Of a DNA stretch of 64,000 nt, positions 12,762 to 25,478 are shown one piece after another. Positions within the stretch are counted from its first letter, which is position 1; each line of letters starts with the position of its first letter. The position numbers were made by a program, and so were the translations under genes. Source of the stretch: the human T2T-CHM13v2.0 reference genome, Homo sapiens. Below the pieces are notes generated by a model. It did not search any database. It was not told the DNA's origin and saw only the letters and a list, made by a program, of their open reading frames with translations. Location: NCBI RefSeq assembly GCF_009914755.1, contig NC_060934.1. One strand, 5' to 3'.

Positions 12762-15700
12762 TCAGCAATTCTGTCTTTAAAATTATGATATTTTGTCTGT
12801 CATGGGTTTTTGTACTAACTTTGGTTTTTAAAAACATATTGCATTAAAATGTAGTTGGCCTTTACCTTCATGACTGAGATTTTGTGGCCAGGGAGGCGGC
12901 TTGCTGGCCTCCCCACACTCGAGCTCCTGTGTGAATAGAGTCTGTGGGTTGTCTTTGGGGTTCGCCTGACTCCCCAGACACTCTCCTGCTTCTCCATCTC
13001 TCAATGGTGGCAGCAGCAGGCTCTGAGGTAGATGCAGACGCCAGAGGTTTTATTTGCACAGGGCCAGGGACACGGCAGATAGGAAGTGAGCAGAAGTCTC
13101 ATGGCCTCTTTATATATGATATTTATCATCTAAATCCATATCTGCACGGTAGCAACAAAAATTTGGGGAAGGGGAAAAGAAGTTTCTTCAGTTAATTTGA
13201 CTTGTCCCTAAGAAGGGAGTCATCAAAAGACAATATATATTTTCAGGAAGATGGCAGTTTCCTAAACAATCCCGCGCCACGTCCTGTGTCTAATGGATCC
13301 GTCTTTTTCCTCTTTCCCTGACTTCACCTCCCCGTCCCTTCACTGTGGGCCCCACGTCCTGTGAGCACGGGGTGGGCTCAGCACAGTTCTCGGTGGGTGA
13401 GTGAGTGATCGGAGAATGAAAAGGAACGCGATACCCCTGTCCTGCGGCTTAAGTGGTGAATGGGAATCCCTTAATGGGCCATAGAAGATCGTAAACGGAT
13501 GCCCCATTTGTGACTCATAACTCCTCTAAATCCACCACTAGATGAGAGGCACAGAGCCTCGTCCTCCACAGCCGTGTGATGAAAGAATGAATGATCCCAT
13601 GAGACCCTATAGCTTTGGACTGTCCCCATTCCAAGACTATCAAAAGTTTTAGAACAATCAACTCATTCATTCATTTGTTCAATAATTATTTGCTGGTTCC
13701 TGGCATTGGCGGGTTCCAATCTGGCTCTGGGACCATCTCCTCCTTCCTGACCCCATCACTTTCCCTTCCAGAGGCAGAGGCCGTTCTCCGTCCCCTTCCT
13801 TTGTCCTGGTATTATCCCAGCCAGGGCACTCGGGCCCTGTTTCTTCCTTCCTTCCCTTCCAGGCCTTGGCTGGCGGAGCAGGAGAGCAACAGGCCTTTGG
13901 CAATGGCAGGTTGACCTGCTGCTCTGCCTCGAGCGTGTGCTGGTGTCCAGGCCCAGCAAGGCCACCCTCCAGGCCTGTCACCCGGCTCCTGCGTGGGAGT
14001 TGCCTGACCAAGCTGGACGGCAGCAGGTGCAAGTCCGGCAGAGATAGGGTTATTGCATTTGCTCCCCATCAGCCCTGGCTGCAACACACTCCTGCGGTAG
14101 CAGGGTCACTCGCGTGTTCTTCAATTGTTGGCATGGATTCGGGCGCCTGGAGGTGGATGGAGTGGGGGCTACAGCTGTGCAGCCTTGGCAAAGAGGAGAG
14201 ACTCAGACCCTCAAACCCACAGCCACCCTTTGTTCAAAGTGGGGAGAAGAAAACACAAGGACTTGAGTGTTGATTTGGGGTTGGATTTTCCAAGAAGGAG
14301 TCAGGTTCATTCCAAGTGAAGAATTTAAAAAGGGGCTGGAAGAGGGCTTTCTCCCTCTGGAGATAGGGAAAAACATGTTCTCTGATTCAAAGGGCAGCGC
14401 TGCTGTGCACAGCTCATGCATTATTCATGAGCCATCCCACTTCTAGGTCTGACGGACAGTTATTTATAGCATATCATCCTTTTCACAAAATGACACTACC
14501 CAGGCTGCAGGCTGAAGTACATTTAAGGTAAGTGTCCTGAACTGGGTGGAAATCTTATTGATGTTTCAGAATATATATAATGTGCGCTTGAAAATGACTA
14601 TGTATAACTTGTATTTTTGCCCCATTTCTCCATAGTGAAACAGGTTTTCGACAGCCAGACCCAGGGGTGAGCTATGGCTACGAATGGAACGGCCTGACAT
14701 CTATCTATATCTATTTTAAAGCAGCAGGAGAAACACCTCAAGCCCGTCCTGGCACTGTGGGTGGCTGTGTGATGGGAGGCTGAGGAGACTTCGTTTTCCT
14801 GTTGGTGTAGTGTCTGGATTTTCTCTGCATTTCCAGCCTATTCACAAACCAGTGATGACAAACCAGGCAGGTGCGGCCAGCCAGTGCGGGTCTGCCCAGG
14901 CCACTGGCCCCCGCCTCCTGGACATTTTAGCCGGGCGTTAGTCACTCCACTGCGCGCAGGTGCACTTCTGTGCAATGATGGCTATGGCCTCCATCCAGAG
15001 GTGGCAGAAGTCTGCGCAGAGCAGGTGACGCAGGCCTCAGAGGGGACCCAGGGACCAGGTGGGGGCAGAACCAGATCCAGCCAGCTGCGTCTCTGCCCGA
15101 GCGATAGTTTTTAGGAGGGGGCATTGTGGCAACAAGTGGATTCTATGCATACAATACAGATAACGCTTTTTCAGAAAGCATTAAATAGCAACATTTTCTG
15201 GGCAGACAGCCTTCCACCAAGTAGGGAAGTCATACTCAGCTTTTAAAATGGAAAACAGCTATTGCATAATTATCATTTTAATCAGAGAATTCAGGGGAAA
15301 TGGAAGAATCCAATTCACATCGATAGCCTTAGAATAGGCTAGGTCATCTCTTTCCCGGATTGTTCAATGAGACTGATTTCAAGACACGGGCCAGCCAGGC
15401 ATTCCTCCCGGTACCCTGCTGCAACCTGCTCACCCTGTCTGGGTTCACTGGTGTCCTGGCAACAGCGTGGGTGCCGGGGCAGGCATCTGGAGATGGAGTC
15501 GGCAGAGAGCATGGCTCTGGGCTCCGCAGACCCGGCAGGAGCCCCGGCTGCAGAGAAGGAGATGTGGGGGGAAAAGCCTGTGCTAGTCTGGAAGTGGAGT
15601 CTGGAGCTTAGATTAGAAAGTGTGTTGACAGAAGGAATTCCCCATCGCAGTCCCGTTCCTGGCTGACAGTTCTCCCAGCAGCAGGATCTGTGGGAGCGGG

Positions 15701-17454
15701 ACTCCAGTGCACTCGGGTCCTCGGTGTCTGTCCTTCCAGGGGTATCCAGGTCTCAGAGCACAGGTGCACACGGGTACAGTGGCTCTGTGACACAAGAGGA
15801 GGGTCACTCACAGTGGTCCCACGCACGGCGCCGACCACACAGACCCCAGAGGACACGTGGTGCTCTGGGCCTGTGACCAGCACAGCAGTTGGAGCAGGTG
15901 TGTGTCTGAGCTGGAGCTGGGCAGCCCTGCCCTGTGGCAGCAGGAATAAGAGGAGACAAGGGGCGGGCAGGTAATCACCGAGGAGCTCTTCCCAAGAGCA
16001 GAGACGTTGCTGTTAGAATACAAAGCTGGTCCAGGAAGGGCACAGAGGGAATCGCGTCTCTGCTTGGCTACCCTGCCATCCCTTTGTCCCTCTCTTACAC
16101 AAACATCGTCCATCCTCCCGGGTGCTTCAGACTGGACCTGGTGCCCAGGGCCCCTGACCACAAACCCTAAACACACCCGGGGCTCCTCCAGCGCCGAGTC
16201 CCCCACGCTTCCTCACCCCGCTCAACACACATCTTCAGTCTTGCACTTTTCTCTCTCTTTTTTTTTTTTTTTAAATTTTAGATGAAGGGAAAATGGTTTC
16301 ACTCTATAAACCACTTCTTGTTTAGGGATATGTCGAAAACACAGTTAAAATTCATTCTCTTCTTTACAGTGAAAATTCCAGAACAGATGGAACACATCTT
16401 TTCCCACTTCAGAGCGCGAGGGGGGATGAGGAGAAGCATCCTCTGTGTCTCAGGAAGCTGCGTCATTAGTTCGGGGTCAGGATAAAGGGGAAGGATGAAC
16501 GCATTTGTGTGTCAGGCTGCAGGGCACCCGCACGTGGAGAGAGTCTGCAGGCCGTCAGTCAATCACACCGATGTGAAAGCGAGGATGGAAGGGGAGGGAA
16601 ATTACATTTACCTGTGTCCTGGCTGCAGCCACGATGGGTGCTGGGGAAAGTCAGGAGGACTCGGGATGAGAAAGAGGCAGTAACTCCCGGTGTGTTCTGT
16701 CTGGGGGACCCAAGAATGTCTGCACCATCACTTCTCGGTTCTCGCTGGATGTAGCGTGGGGCTCACTGGGGTCACACACCCTACGGGATTTTGAAGTTTC
16801 AAAGACCTCTGGGTTTTATTTGTCTCCTGACCTGCCCGTGTTCATCCAGGTGTTAATCTGCCACCATGCCCTGCCTTGCAGCGCAGGGAAGACCGCAAGG
16901 CCGCAGCACCCTACGCCCCGGACGACCCGCCGCACAGGTGTGAGGCCATCGCACCGCGAGGGAACGGTCACTAGGTGTCGCCGTCTTCCTCGGAATGGAA
17001 GCCACGTTTCTCCTGCACCGTTGAAATGGACTGGAACAAAATTTTCTAGACTTCAAGGAAACCATCCTTTCTAATAACAATGAGATGGTAATTAGTAGGG
17101 GAAGTGGCATAAAATTATTTCACCATTTAGTGAAACCATGATTCTAAACTACAGAAAAAACTGTCTTTTTTAAAGCTCACTCAGCCGGGTGCAAACCGCC
17201 TTGCTGGCGGGCGGCGCCTGAAGGTGACCTGGCCTTGTCCCCCCCTCCATCCCCCCAGTTTCCTCTCTGTGGTGAACGTGGTTGGGGTTCACGTCTCACC
17301 CCCCATGCAGACCCCAGCAGATCCTGAGGGCAGCGTGTGGACCATGTCCGAAGGGTCCAGAGGAAGATCCCACATGTGTAGAATACAGACCCATGGCCCC
17401 TGGGAGAGTGAAGGACACGCAGATGATTGGCAGCGGCCACTTCTCACACAAGCA

Positions 17455-17540
17455 ACCCCTCTCTGTTTTACTGATGAGAAAACAGAGGCTTAGAGCGATT
17501 GTGTAACTTTCCCACAGCCAAGTTCAAACTCAAAGTGGGT
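17455..17540 (-). mobile_element. MIR core fragment
   Basis: ttttactgatgagaaaacagaggcttagag antisense MIR core. Confidence 0.55.
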
Positions 17541-18064
17541 TTCAAAATTTAGGTTTGTCCGGCTCCGAGACCCGTGTTCTCTGCAGGGCACTTAGAGGAC
17601 TCCTGTGCTGACCTCTCAGGCAGCCTTCTACGAAGGGACGCGGAGAATAACAGGAAGGATTTCCATTTCCTTTTTCTAGGAAAAAACCAAAAGGCAAGAG
17701 GTAGGTATTCAGAGCTAGAGTCGCTTTACAATTCGGTTCCATTGTCGAGACGGAGAGATTCCACGACCATGACAGAAAGTGAGACTATTTAGGATTTGCC
17801 AAATAGGATGTTTTCTGAACCAATCAACATAGAACGGAAATGAGTTGGGACAAATGGCAGTGCAGTGAGAGGAAAGGTGAGTCTTCCAGCAGCCCTGCCT
17901 CCCTCATCCTGGGAGGAAACGTCCGCAGAAGCCGGGCTCCCCTGTGCCTTCCCCAGCCCTGCCTCCAGGAAGCTCTCTGAGCATTTCCTACAGACCCTGC
18001 CCCATGCTCTTCTCCTGCCGGTTTTCTCCACGTGGTTTTCTCCATGTGCAGAAACGATGATTCG

Positions 18065-18357
18065 GGTCTGGCACAGTGGTTCATGCCTGTAATCCCAGCA
18101 CTTTGGGAGGCCAAGGCAGGTGGATCACCTGAGGTCGAGAGTTCGAGACCAGCCTGACCAACATGGAGAAACCCGTCTCTACTAAAAATACAAAATTAGC
18201 CGGGCGTGGTGGTGCATGCCTGTAATCCCAGCTACTTGGGAGGCTTGAGGCAGGAGAATCGCTTGAACCCGGGAGGCAGAGGTTGTGGTGAGCTGAGATG
18301 GCACCACTGCACTCCAGCCTGAATAACAAGAGAGAAACTCTGTCTCAAGAAAAAAAA
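18065..18357 (+). mobile_element. AluSp-like
   Basis: cctgaccaacatggagaaacc and ggttgtggtgagc diagnostics; TSD gatgattc on both sides. Confidence 0.93.
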
Positions 18358-18732
18358 GATGATTCCGAGCTGCCTGGAACATGGAACAGCCCAGCGAGTC
18401 GCTGGCTGCAGTTCTCAGACCCAGGCTCTGCCGATCTCATCCCAGGCTGGAAGAGTTGCCACCAAGGCGTGTGGGTGCCATTTGCTGCAAAAGTTCTTAT
18501 GGAGAACCATGACACATAACCGTGCCAGCTTCTCATGCCGGGAGACCGCAGCGCCTCTCCACACAAGTGGGGCCTTCCTTCTGCACTTTTATTCTGCAGT
18601 TGGGCTCCCGCTCCAGGGGGCTCCGTGTTTCTAAGAACCACAGCCCAGCATCATTAAAGAAGGCATTATTTTGTGTTTAGTAGAGCACTAAATTGGTGAA
18701 ATATAGTTGTGATTCTGGTAGTGAATATCCCT

Positions 18733-18746
18733 GTTGCCACGGTAAC
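18733..18746. promoter_or_regulatory. RFX X-box motif
   Basis: GTTGCCACGGTAAC fits GTNRCC-N(0-3)-RGYAAC in unique sequence; binding not shown. Confidence 0.55.
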
Positions 18747-19450
18747 GATATTATGTCATGGGAGGCTGTCTCGAGTGCTTCTGGGAGCAGCCAGGTCTCC
18801 GTGAGCTCCTGTTTACTCTAAAGACTCCGGCAGCCCACATGTGTGCACGCTGAATAAAATCGCGCTGCGGGACCACAGTGCGGGGAGGCACCGACTCTGT
18901 CATTCTGTCAATGCACCGCACAGTCACGAACATCAGCATTGACATGAAATGGACGGTTAGGGAGCTGCAAAGGACTCATGCTCCTCTGTTGCACGAATTT
19001 GTCTTTTCATATTCAAAGTACTTGTAAGAGCTCCAAGTTCCGCGTACTCAGCCACTAACCTCAGGCATCTGCACGGGAGACTTGGTACACAGGCTCACAT
19101 GCATGCACGCACACAGGCACACGTACAAGCGCCCGTGTACACACAACAGTGTACACATGCGACACACATTCACACACATGTGCAGATGCACACACACAGA
19201 TCAGTGTGAGGAAGAGTCAGGGGTTCATGGAACAGCCCCTGCTCTGCAAGCCATGTCTGGCCGTGTAGGGGAAAGAGACAAAACAACACGCTGGTTACCT
19301 TGGAAGAGGAAAGAAAGGGAGAGACCTGCAGGTGTTGGGCGCGACACAACCCAGAGCCACCCTCGTCAAGGGACCCTCTCCCTGCTCGATGCATTCCTCC
19401 CACCCGACATTCAGTGAACACAGGGAGGCTTAGTGTGAAGGACACCTGCA

Positions 19451-20262
19451 GTGTGTGTGTCTGTGTGTGTGAATGTGTGTGTGTCTGTGCACATGTGTGG
19501 TGTGTCTGTGTAAGTGTATGTGGTGTGTCACTGTGTGTTCTATGTGTGGTGTGTGTTTATGTGTCTGTGTAATGTGCATGTGTACTGTGTGTGTCTCTGT
19601 GTGTGAATGTGTGTGTGTCTGTGCACATGTGTGGTGTGTCTGTGTAAGTGTATGTGGTGTGTCACTGTGTGTTCTATGTGTGGTGTGTGTTTATGTGTCT
19701 GTGTAATGTGCATGTGTACTGTGTGTGTGGTGTGTCTCTGTGTGTGTGTCTTCGTAGTATATGTATGTGTTGTGTGTTTGTGCATGGTGTGTATGTGTCT
19801 GTGTGGTGTGTGTGTGTCTGTGTGTATGTGTCTCTGTGAATGGGTGTGTGTGCATATGTGGTATGTGTGGTGTGTGCAGCAGTGTGTGTGTGTGCACGCA
19901 TATACACTGTGTGTGGTATGTGTGGTATGTGTGTGTGAAATGTGTGTGTCTGTGTGGTGTGTGATTGTGTGTGTCTGTGTGAATGTGTGTGTGCATATGT
20001 GGTGTGTGTGGTGTGTGAGTGCGTGTGTCTATGTATGTGTTGGGGTGTGTGTGGTATGTGTATGTATGTGTGAGGGGGTGTGTATGTGTGAGGGTGTGTG
20101 TGGGGGTGTGTATGTATAAATGTGTGCATCTCTGTGTGTATGTGTGTGGTATGAATTGTGTGTGTGCATGTGTGCCATGTGAGTGTGTGGGTCTGTGTGT
20201 GGGGGGGTGTGTCTGTGTCTGTGTGTGTGTGGGGTGTGTATGTGTGGTTTGTGTGTTGTGTA
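19451..20262. repeat. Complex (TG)n-rich tract with an internal 134-bp tandem duplication
   Basis: About 810 bp of alternating purine-pyrimidine; identical blocks starting at 19473 and 19607. Confidence 0.97.
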
Positions 20263-20488
20263 TGAGATGGAGAGAGGCAGGCCAAGGCGGGGAGATCGAG
20301 GAGGAGGAGGGGCTGGTGGGTCGGTGCTGCCAGCACGATGCTAGGAGTGACCCGGGCGTGTGGGAGGGGTCCTTTGCCACCTGGACCCCATCGCATGCCC
20401 TGAATCTCATTTTTGAACCCAAAGCTCAGAACGCTTCCTGGCTGTCTGCCCATCAGTTTCAGCCTTACCCTGAGCAGAAAGAGCTGCC

Positions 20489-20513
20489 GGGGTGGGGGGT
20501 GGGGGCGGGGGGG
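20489..20513 (+). other. G-quadruplex-forming sequence
   Basis: G4-T-G6-T-G5-C-G7, four G runs with 1-nt loops. Confidence 0.8.
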
Positions 20514-20832
20514 TTCTGCATTCTAATGGGGCGGGTTCTGCATTCTAATGGAGTGGGTACGGGTGACTTCAACAGTGAGTCTCAAGTTATTGTCTCTCTG
20601 GGAAAACACGCCCCCGTGACCTTCCCACCAGCACTGGGCACTCCAGGGGGTTTTGGGACAGGGCTTTCTGCAGGGTCTTGAGCAGCTGGCATCTCACCGA
20701 CAGGTGTCTTCTGGAAACCTTCCGTGAAGACCTTCCCCTGAGGAAGCCAAGTCACCTGAGCTTTCTTCCTCATCGCTAAGTATAAACATCAGTGAAAAAT
20801 AAGTGAATGTGGTAAGCTTTAAAACGGCAAAC

Positions 20833-20993
20833 AAATGAGCCAGGCGTGCTGGCGCTCCTGTAATCCCAGCTGCTCAGGAGGCTGAGGCGGGGGAATCACT
20901 TGAACCTGGGAGGCAGAGGTTGCAGTGAGATCGCACCACTGTACTCCAGCCTGGCGACAGAGTGAGACTCCGTCTCAAAAAATAATAACAATA
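20833..20993 (+). mobile_element. 5'-truncated Alu (right monomer, Sc-like)
   Basis: Right arm only, gcctggcgacagag; TSD-like gcaaaca on both sides. Confidence 0.9.
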
Positions 20994-23900
20994 AATAGCA
21001 AACAGCAGAGAGCATCATCTTAAGGTTTTGAAAATACATACGTATTACTATTATGTTTAATACAGTCATACTAGGAGCACAGGTTAAATACTTCTGTGAC
21101 TTCACAGGTATTCCCTGTCTCCCCTCCCAATGCCATTATGTGAACCAATAAAAGTGCAAATGGTTTTATCCCTGGTGGCCCCAGAGTCTCGAGAAGCTGA
21201 AAAAATTCCTAAGTTGCCTACAGGTTACAGTGATTGACGGAGAGAACGGGCATCTTTTAAAGTTAGTAAGCTAAGAAGGAAATATATGAAAATGAAAGTT
21301 AGGAAATGAGATAATTTCTTAAGGTCATAGAGTACACCTGGGCCCACTGATAATATTTTGAATGAAAACGGAAACGTACATCCCAATTATCGATGTTTTT
21401 GTACACACAATGCCAAACATCTTGATACTTAGACCCATAACACTTTAGCTTCAATGGCTTACGTTTCCCTGGCATGATGGGTGCCAGCCATGGGTCCGTC
21501 CCGAAACATGCTCCAGATCTGATGCTGAATGGCACTTTGGGCCCGGGCCACACCCCACCTTGTGTGGATTAAATGTGCTATCCCTTGTTGTTGGTTGTGC
21601 AAATTTTCACACTTTTTCATGCGAGACAGCTTTTGGAGTAGGATAAGTTCTGGCCTTTGAAAACGTACAATATCCTTTCTCACAGGTAAAAGCCAGAGGG
21701 TGCCCTGAAGCCCCTCTCAGGTTGTAAGGTTGTGGCATCCCCCTTTGGCGAATGAGGGGATCCCAGCCCAAGAAGGAGGGATTCCCAGGAGATCACACAG
21801 CTCCTCACCACCCCGCTCTCCTATTTCCTAAGTGTGGTGTGCTGAGGAGTCCACAAAGCTGCCTTGGGGATTTAACAAAAGCCTCTTCAAATAACACACA
21901 GGACAGGGCTCCCGGGTTAATCATCTTTCTTTGTCTAAGAAAGAAAGATCTTTCTAGGTTTTATATTCACACATATTTGTTGTGACTTCCTTTTGTGTCC
22001 ATCAATCAAAGCTGTTCCCTCTCTTGGTTTTGGGTATGTCATTACCTGCAGGGCACTCGGTGGAGGTGAGGTGGTCATTGGCTTCTGTCCTGTTCTTCAG
22101 TGGTTTTTACTTAGCGATTACCGGCAATTTCACCATTACTGCAGGGCACAAATTTGTTTATTTTAGCACATTTTCTTCATAGCCTTAATCTGCTGTCAAG
22201 TCAATAATGTGCTCCCCAACTTCCATGATAAAATCTTCCCCCAAAAGAATCCCGATGGAGTGCTGGTCTCTAAGGACGTAGAGACACCAGAATGTTTTCT
22301 AAACCTTTTTGTCTTGTGTGCTGATGCTCAGAACATGGTCATTCGCAATCACTGAGCTTTGCAAAGCTTTTGCACGAGCTGACCTAATTCTTATCCCTGC
22401 TCCTTTGAAGAAGACGGACTTTTAGCTTTGGTAGTGTTGGGTGCTACAGAGCCAGCCTCAGATGTACCAGGTGTTATAGAGCCAGCCTCGGATATACCAG
22501 GTGTTCCCATGTTCAACTGGAATGGGTGCTGAAAACCTGTTTATAAACGTGTTCCCCTCCTTGTTTCAGGGGACAGGTGTTCCCATGGGTTGACTGGCTC
22601 CTTCAAACCCCAACATTCAGTCTTTAAAGGCACTGTCTATGCCTAAATGCCTTACTCACTAGTAGCAGCCCACTGGGTGATGGGGCTATGCTCCTCCCTC
22701 CTCCCGTGGGCATTGGGACTGGGATTCTTAGATTGGAGCAGGGAATTTCTCATCAGTCACTGTGTAATGTGAAAACCAAGGGAAAGCCCAGCGCCTCCCA
22801 AACCCTGGAGCCCCAAGTCATGTGAGGAAGCTGAGATCTAATCAGAAGGCACTGGCGAGATTGTGTTAGACAGATGGGGTCACCCAACGTACAGGGTGGC
22901 CAAGGCAATGATCAAGGCCAAGGAGAAGGGAGGGACTAAATACCGCAGCACCAGGATTGCTGGGAGCCGGGTGTCCTTCGCCTGCCTGGAGTTGATGCTT
23001 GAATGGGGGAAGCTGGGGCCTGGCCCCAGGGATGGCGAGTGTGAGAGGGTCAGCCCCAACATGAGAACCGCGGAGCCTCAAGAGAGGAACTTGGGACATC
23101 AGCAAGCCCCGTGCAGCGTGGGTGAGCAGCTTTCTGATTTGCTGGGGCCCTTCTTGTTGCCATGAACAGGAGTCCAGGAGTGACTGCATATGGTGTCCCA
23201 AGGAGCCTGGTAAATAAATGTGCGCTGGCTTCCTGGGAGTGAGTTATGAGGAAACGCTAAGGGCAAGAGGAGAAGATGGCTGGACATCCACAGCCCCTTG
23301 GTCCCGGGCTCTGACAGCTCCTCAGCATAATGAGTGGAAATGAAGGGCCTGGCCAAGCGAATTGGCCGATTGGCTTTCTTCTATTCTCATTGCTAAATTA
23401 ATATTGCCGTTAATGTTTGCCAATATTTCAACCTCGGTGGACTGGCATCTAACAGTCTTGAGCTTGCAGAGGCCATTTCTGTGCTGGAGTTTTGGTTTTC
23501 GAGGTGCATTCATTCATAAAAGCTGATGTTCCCCAGAAAGTAAGCACTGAGAGCTACTATTTCCTTGAGCATTCATTTTATTTAGGTTCTAGAAATTTAC
23601 GTGATATCGGATGAAGAGATTCAAATAGTTTGTGAAGGAGTTAGGAATATACAACCCCTTCCTTTTGAAGACATTTATAAACCTATTGAACATATCCTGG
23701 AAGCTGGTCTGTGGACAGCCCAGTGCTATACACTGGGGGAGTGAGAGACAGCAAAGCCGTCTCCCTCCTCTGCTGGAGGTTTTACCCTCAGAGGAGAGGC
23801 TCACATATTAAAGCCCTAAGACAAGAGAAATTAGGAGTGGCAATGTAATACTGTAAAGTACAATCAGAGCATGATGGAAAGAGATAATAGCTTCGTTATT

Positions 23901-25250
23901 TTTAATGAATGCATTGACTTAAGAATATACAAAGTTTCCTGTGTGACCAGCTGAGTCTCCATGCACAGAGAACAAACCCTAAACAACACCAGTACTTCGT
24001 GAGCAGTTGCAGGGATATTCTTTAATGCTCCTCTAACTCACTTAATCTTGATTTGACCTTTCAAATGTAAAAGAGAGTTTTATTGTTCATCTGGATGTCT
24101 AGTAAATTCAATAAATAAAGTTCAGAAGACCGATGCCTAGATGAGAAATAGAAGCTGATGACCTTTTTGTTTTGGCCTCAGCCATGGTGACCACACAGGA
24201 CCGGGGGGTGCTTCTGGCTTTGGCCATCCCAAAGCCTTTGGGTCTGGATGAGCCCCAGGTAACCGAATGATGGACAATCGCTTTTATAAAGTGACAGTTT
24301 ACTTCTGAGATCGCTGTTATTAAAATGAACACTGGATAGGGCTCTCACGAAAGCTAAAAGCCTTTGTTTGTTCTGGTCTCAGTTCTCAGGGACCTAAACA
24401 TGACACTGTTCATGTCAACCTCCATGTACTTTGCCCAGTCATAGAAGATGCAAAACATAGCAAATTGTTTTTCTTTTGACTCTTGATCAAAAGGGGGAGC
24501 ACAGCAGTCAAGAGTTTAGAAAAGTACTCTCATGTTCACACCTGTGTCCTACAGAGTTCTGCGATTTGGCAGGCAGGCTGTGTGAGTGGGCCCCTCTCCT
24601 CACTGAAAGACATTCTTGGTCCTCAAAGGTGAGGTCCATGGCTCCAGCCCTGCCTCGCCTCCCCTGGCCTCTATGTCGACTTTCCATTACGGATGGAGAA
24701 CCGCTTCTGGAGTCAGAGTCTTCGCAGGCAGTAAGGCTCGTGAGAGCCTCAGTGCAAGACGAACCATCTCCATGCGCTGATGTGGTTTTTCTGAAGTAAA
24801 GTAAGGACTAATTTCCAAACTTCATGCAAACAAGGCAAAGATTTGTCGATGACGGTGGCAGTGAAACTGCGGGATTGTCAACATCAGATAGGGTGGACAT
24901 GGGGGCCGGGAAAAGCCACGCAGACACTAGCTGTCTCAGGACCCATGTTGTCTGGATTTTAAAGGCCTATTTTTCAGCCTTGCTTGGTTTGAAACAGTTC
25001 ATTTCTACCTTGAGCCTTTCCAGGGAGTCTAGCGACCAACTGACAACCTCAATAAAGATCCATTCCTGGGTCAGTAGCAATTCAATGATGGGTTGAGCTT
25101 CTGAAGTTACCAAAGCTTTCATTTCCTGTCCCTTCCCCACATGAACTAAGTATTCCTGGTCCAGTCAAGATTACACCAGACCGTCATGTCAGGGGCCCAG
25201 GACCTTCTTGCTGGTTAATAGGCTACAGTAGCTGCAGCGTCATTCTCTTA

Positions 25251-25478
25251 GCAGGGTTTTTCAAATTTTGGATTAGGACCCATTTGGCTCATGAAATTAA
25301 TGTACTGAGCCTCTACAAGCAAGCACTGAGGAAGAAGAAAAGAAGGAAGGAACTGGAAAAAAAATATTTCAATGCAATGCACATAATGATGCATGGTCTC
25401 CTAAACTTTTCCGTGTGTGTGTACGGGCTCGATCATGGTGTAAAAATCTATTAAAAGGCTATCATAGCCACTACTGTA
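25251..25478. mobile_element. hAT-Charlie class non-autonomous DNA transposon, degenerate
   Basis: cagggtttttcaaa..gacccat..catgaaattaat..gtgtgtac..tgtaaaaat resembles Charlie-type MITEs; exact family uncertain. Confidence 0.45.

Noticed and set aside
18650-19060. Identity with HAR1 or HACNS1
   Set aside because: Does not match those sequences as I recall them; no locus or gene name is assigned
19300-20681. Cys/Val-rich and His/Thr-rich ORFs up to 259 aa
   Set aside because: Translations of the (TG)n tract
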